DNA of 64,000 bases from a virus. Numbering within the stretch: the first letter of the stretch is position 1; the number at the start of each line of letters is the position of its first letter. Below the pieces are notes generated by a model that was not told the DNA's origin, did not search any database, and saw only the letters and a list, made by a program, of their open reading frames with translations. Made by a program: the position numbers and the translations under genes. The DNA lies in IMG/VR virus record IMGVR_UViG_3300045988_042432; one strand, 5' to 3'. Below are positions 63,041 through 64,000 of this stretch, piece by piece.

Positions 63041-63085
63041 ATTAAATAATAAAAGGGAGACCACTTAGATTGTAGCCTCCCTTTT
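63041..63085 (-). terminator. Intrinsic terminator after the Gly/Cys-rich protein gene
   Basis: The - strand RNA AAAAGGGAGGCUAC-AAUCUAA-GUGGUCUCCCUUUU forms a 14-bp stem. Its two wobble pairs exist only in the - sense. AUUAUUU follows. Confidence 0.75.
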
Positions 63086-63100
63086 ATGGGTTATCTTAAG

Positions 63101-63997
63101 TTATTGGGCTGTACAAGAAGGACATCCGCCTGTAACTGTGTTAATAGCTGTATTTACAGCATTAAAGTTACTAGCAGCAGTTCCAGCATACATGCCAGTT
63201 CCGTAACTTGTGAATGGGCTACAGTATAGTGGAGCTATACTTGGAACAGGTGCACACAGGTCACTGTAAGCATATTTCAACTGTCCATCAATCTTGTGGT
63301 CAAGTTGACGCTGTAATCCATTAGCAGTCATTAACAGATTAGTTTCAGACTTGCAGCAGCAAGCATCAGTGTATCTTTCAGCATTAACTTTGTTAAGCTC
63401 GAACATTAGAGGTAGAGCAGCAGCTGTAGCAGCTTCTTTCTTCTCTAAATCAGAGATTCTAGTGCTTAGTCTAGCAAACAAATCAGCTTTCTCCTGAACA
63501 TCTTGTTCTCTCCTCTTGTAAAGCTCATCACATAATCTTAAATTCTGTGCATTATCACGAGATACGATATCTACGTACATTGCACTCTTCTCTTGAAGGT
63601 CTTCTACTCTACCTTTCCAGATTTGGTTAGTTAAAACTTGAGACTCGTTACCGATTCTCTCGTTAGTAGCCAAAGCACGGCTGTTAACGTAAGTGTACAG
63701 GTCAATGTCGTCTTGCATTGATTGTACTCTGTTCGCCCATGATAGGTTATCAGCTTGCTGTCCTTGAGCCATAGCTAAGGTTTTAGCATTTTCAGCTGCC
63801 TGCATAGCGCAACAGTTGTTGTTACCTCCAAAGAGGTTTCCAAGGATTCCGCCACCGTTACCACAACCACATCCTCCGTTGTTTCCAGCGAAAGCTGCTA
63901 ATGCAGTACCGATAATACCAAGTGTAAGTCCAGCGTTTGTTCTTCCTTTAGTACCGAACTTTGACTTAGCTTCGTCCATTGTTAGAAATTCTGCCAT
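63101..63997 (-). CDS. Gly/Cys-rich membrane-anchored coiled-coil protein, 298 aa, function unknown
   Basis: An N-terminal hydrophobic helix GLTLGIIGTALAAFAG is followed by GGCGCGNGGGILGNLFGGNNNCC. The centre is a heptad-like region. Cys clusters occur near the C-terminus (ACCCK, C..P....LYC, GGCPSC). Confidence 0.6.
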   Translation of the reverse strand: MAEFLTMDEAKSKFGTKGRTNAGLTLGIIGTALAAFAGNNGGCGCGNGGGILGNLFGGNNNCCAMQAAENAKTLAMAQGQQADNLSWANRVQSMQDDIDLYTYVNSRALATNERIGNESQVLTNQIWKGRVEDLQEKSAMYVDIVSRDNAQNLRLCDELYKRREQDVQEKADLFARLSTRISDLEKKEAATAAALPLMFELNKVNAERYTDACCCKSETNLLMTANGLQRQLDHKIDGQLKYAYSDLCAPVPSIAPLYCSPFTSYGTGMYAGTAASNFNAVNTAINTVTGGCPSCTAQ

Positions 63998-64000
63998 AAT

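Noticed and set aside
1-64000. CRISPR arrays, tRNA/rRNA genes, integrase/attachment sites or prophage borders
   Set aside because: Non-coding gaps are all shorter than about 125 nt and are occupied by hairpins. No spaced direct repeats, cloverleaf-sized gaps or recombinase motifs were seen. Portal and terminase genes are also absent and presumably lie beyond 64000.

Overview
This window is a gene-dense, AT-rich dsDNA phage segment. I saw no rRNA, tRNA, CRISPR array or integrase. Its content and gene order fit a crAss-like (Crassvirales-type) podophage of a Bacteroidota host. Two convergent transcription units meet at an intrinsic terminator at 7534-7582.

Left arm (+ strand, 3-7525): 13 translationally coupled auxiliary genes. 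They include what looks like a complete Preiss-Handler NAD+ route: a PncB fragment at the window edge, NadE, and a NadD-type adenylyltransferase. Interleaved with these are an AAA+ ATPase, a small lipoprotein, a canonical Nudix hydrolase and a SLOG/DUF2493-like protein. A HAD-phosphatase::YqeY fusion and a T4 gp1-like dNMP kinase follow.

Right arm (- strand, 63997 down to 7588): the late/virion module.
- It starts with a Gly/Cys-rich membrane/coiled-coil protein, small proteins, a YkuD-like enzyme and a tail fibre with a Tail-Collar C-terminus.
- Next come an acidic scaffold-like protein, the putative major capsid protein, several virion proteins and two IHF/HU-like small proteins.
- Two very large tail proteins follow (1162 and 1601 aa).
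- A block of Gly-rich internal/ejection-type proteins shares a recurring aromatic-Q-x-G-G motif. This block is interrupted by a DUF192 protein and a free-standing Zn-ribbon/Vsr-like endonuclease.
- Last come four giant ORFs (2967, 3254, 804 and about 1523 aa; 25.7 kb, about 40% of the window). They carry an SF1 helicase core, a DxDxD (DYDID) two-barrel RNA polymerase motif, an HExxH zincin motif and a PD-(D/E)xK-like module.

The best candidates for something new are the phage NAD+ rebuilding / nucleotide-signal cluster and the multi-enzyme giant virion-protein block.

All functional calls rest on motif and pattern recognition by eye. No database or structure search was run.
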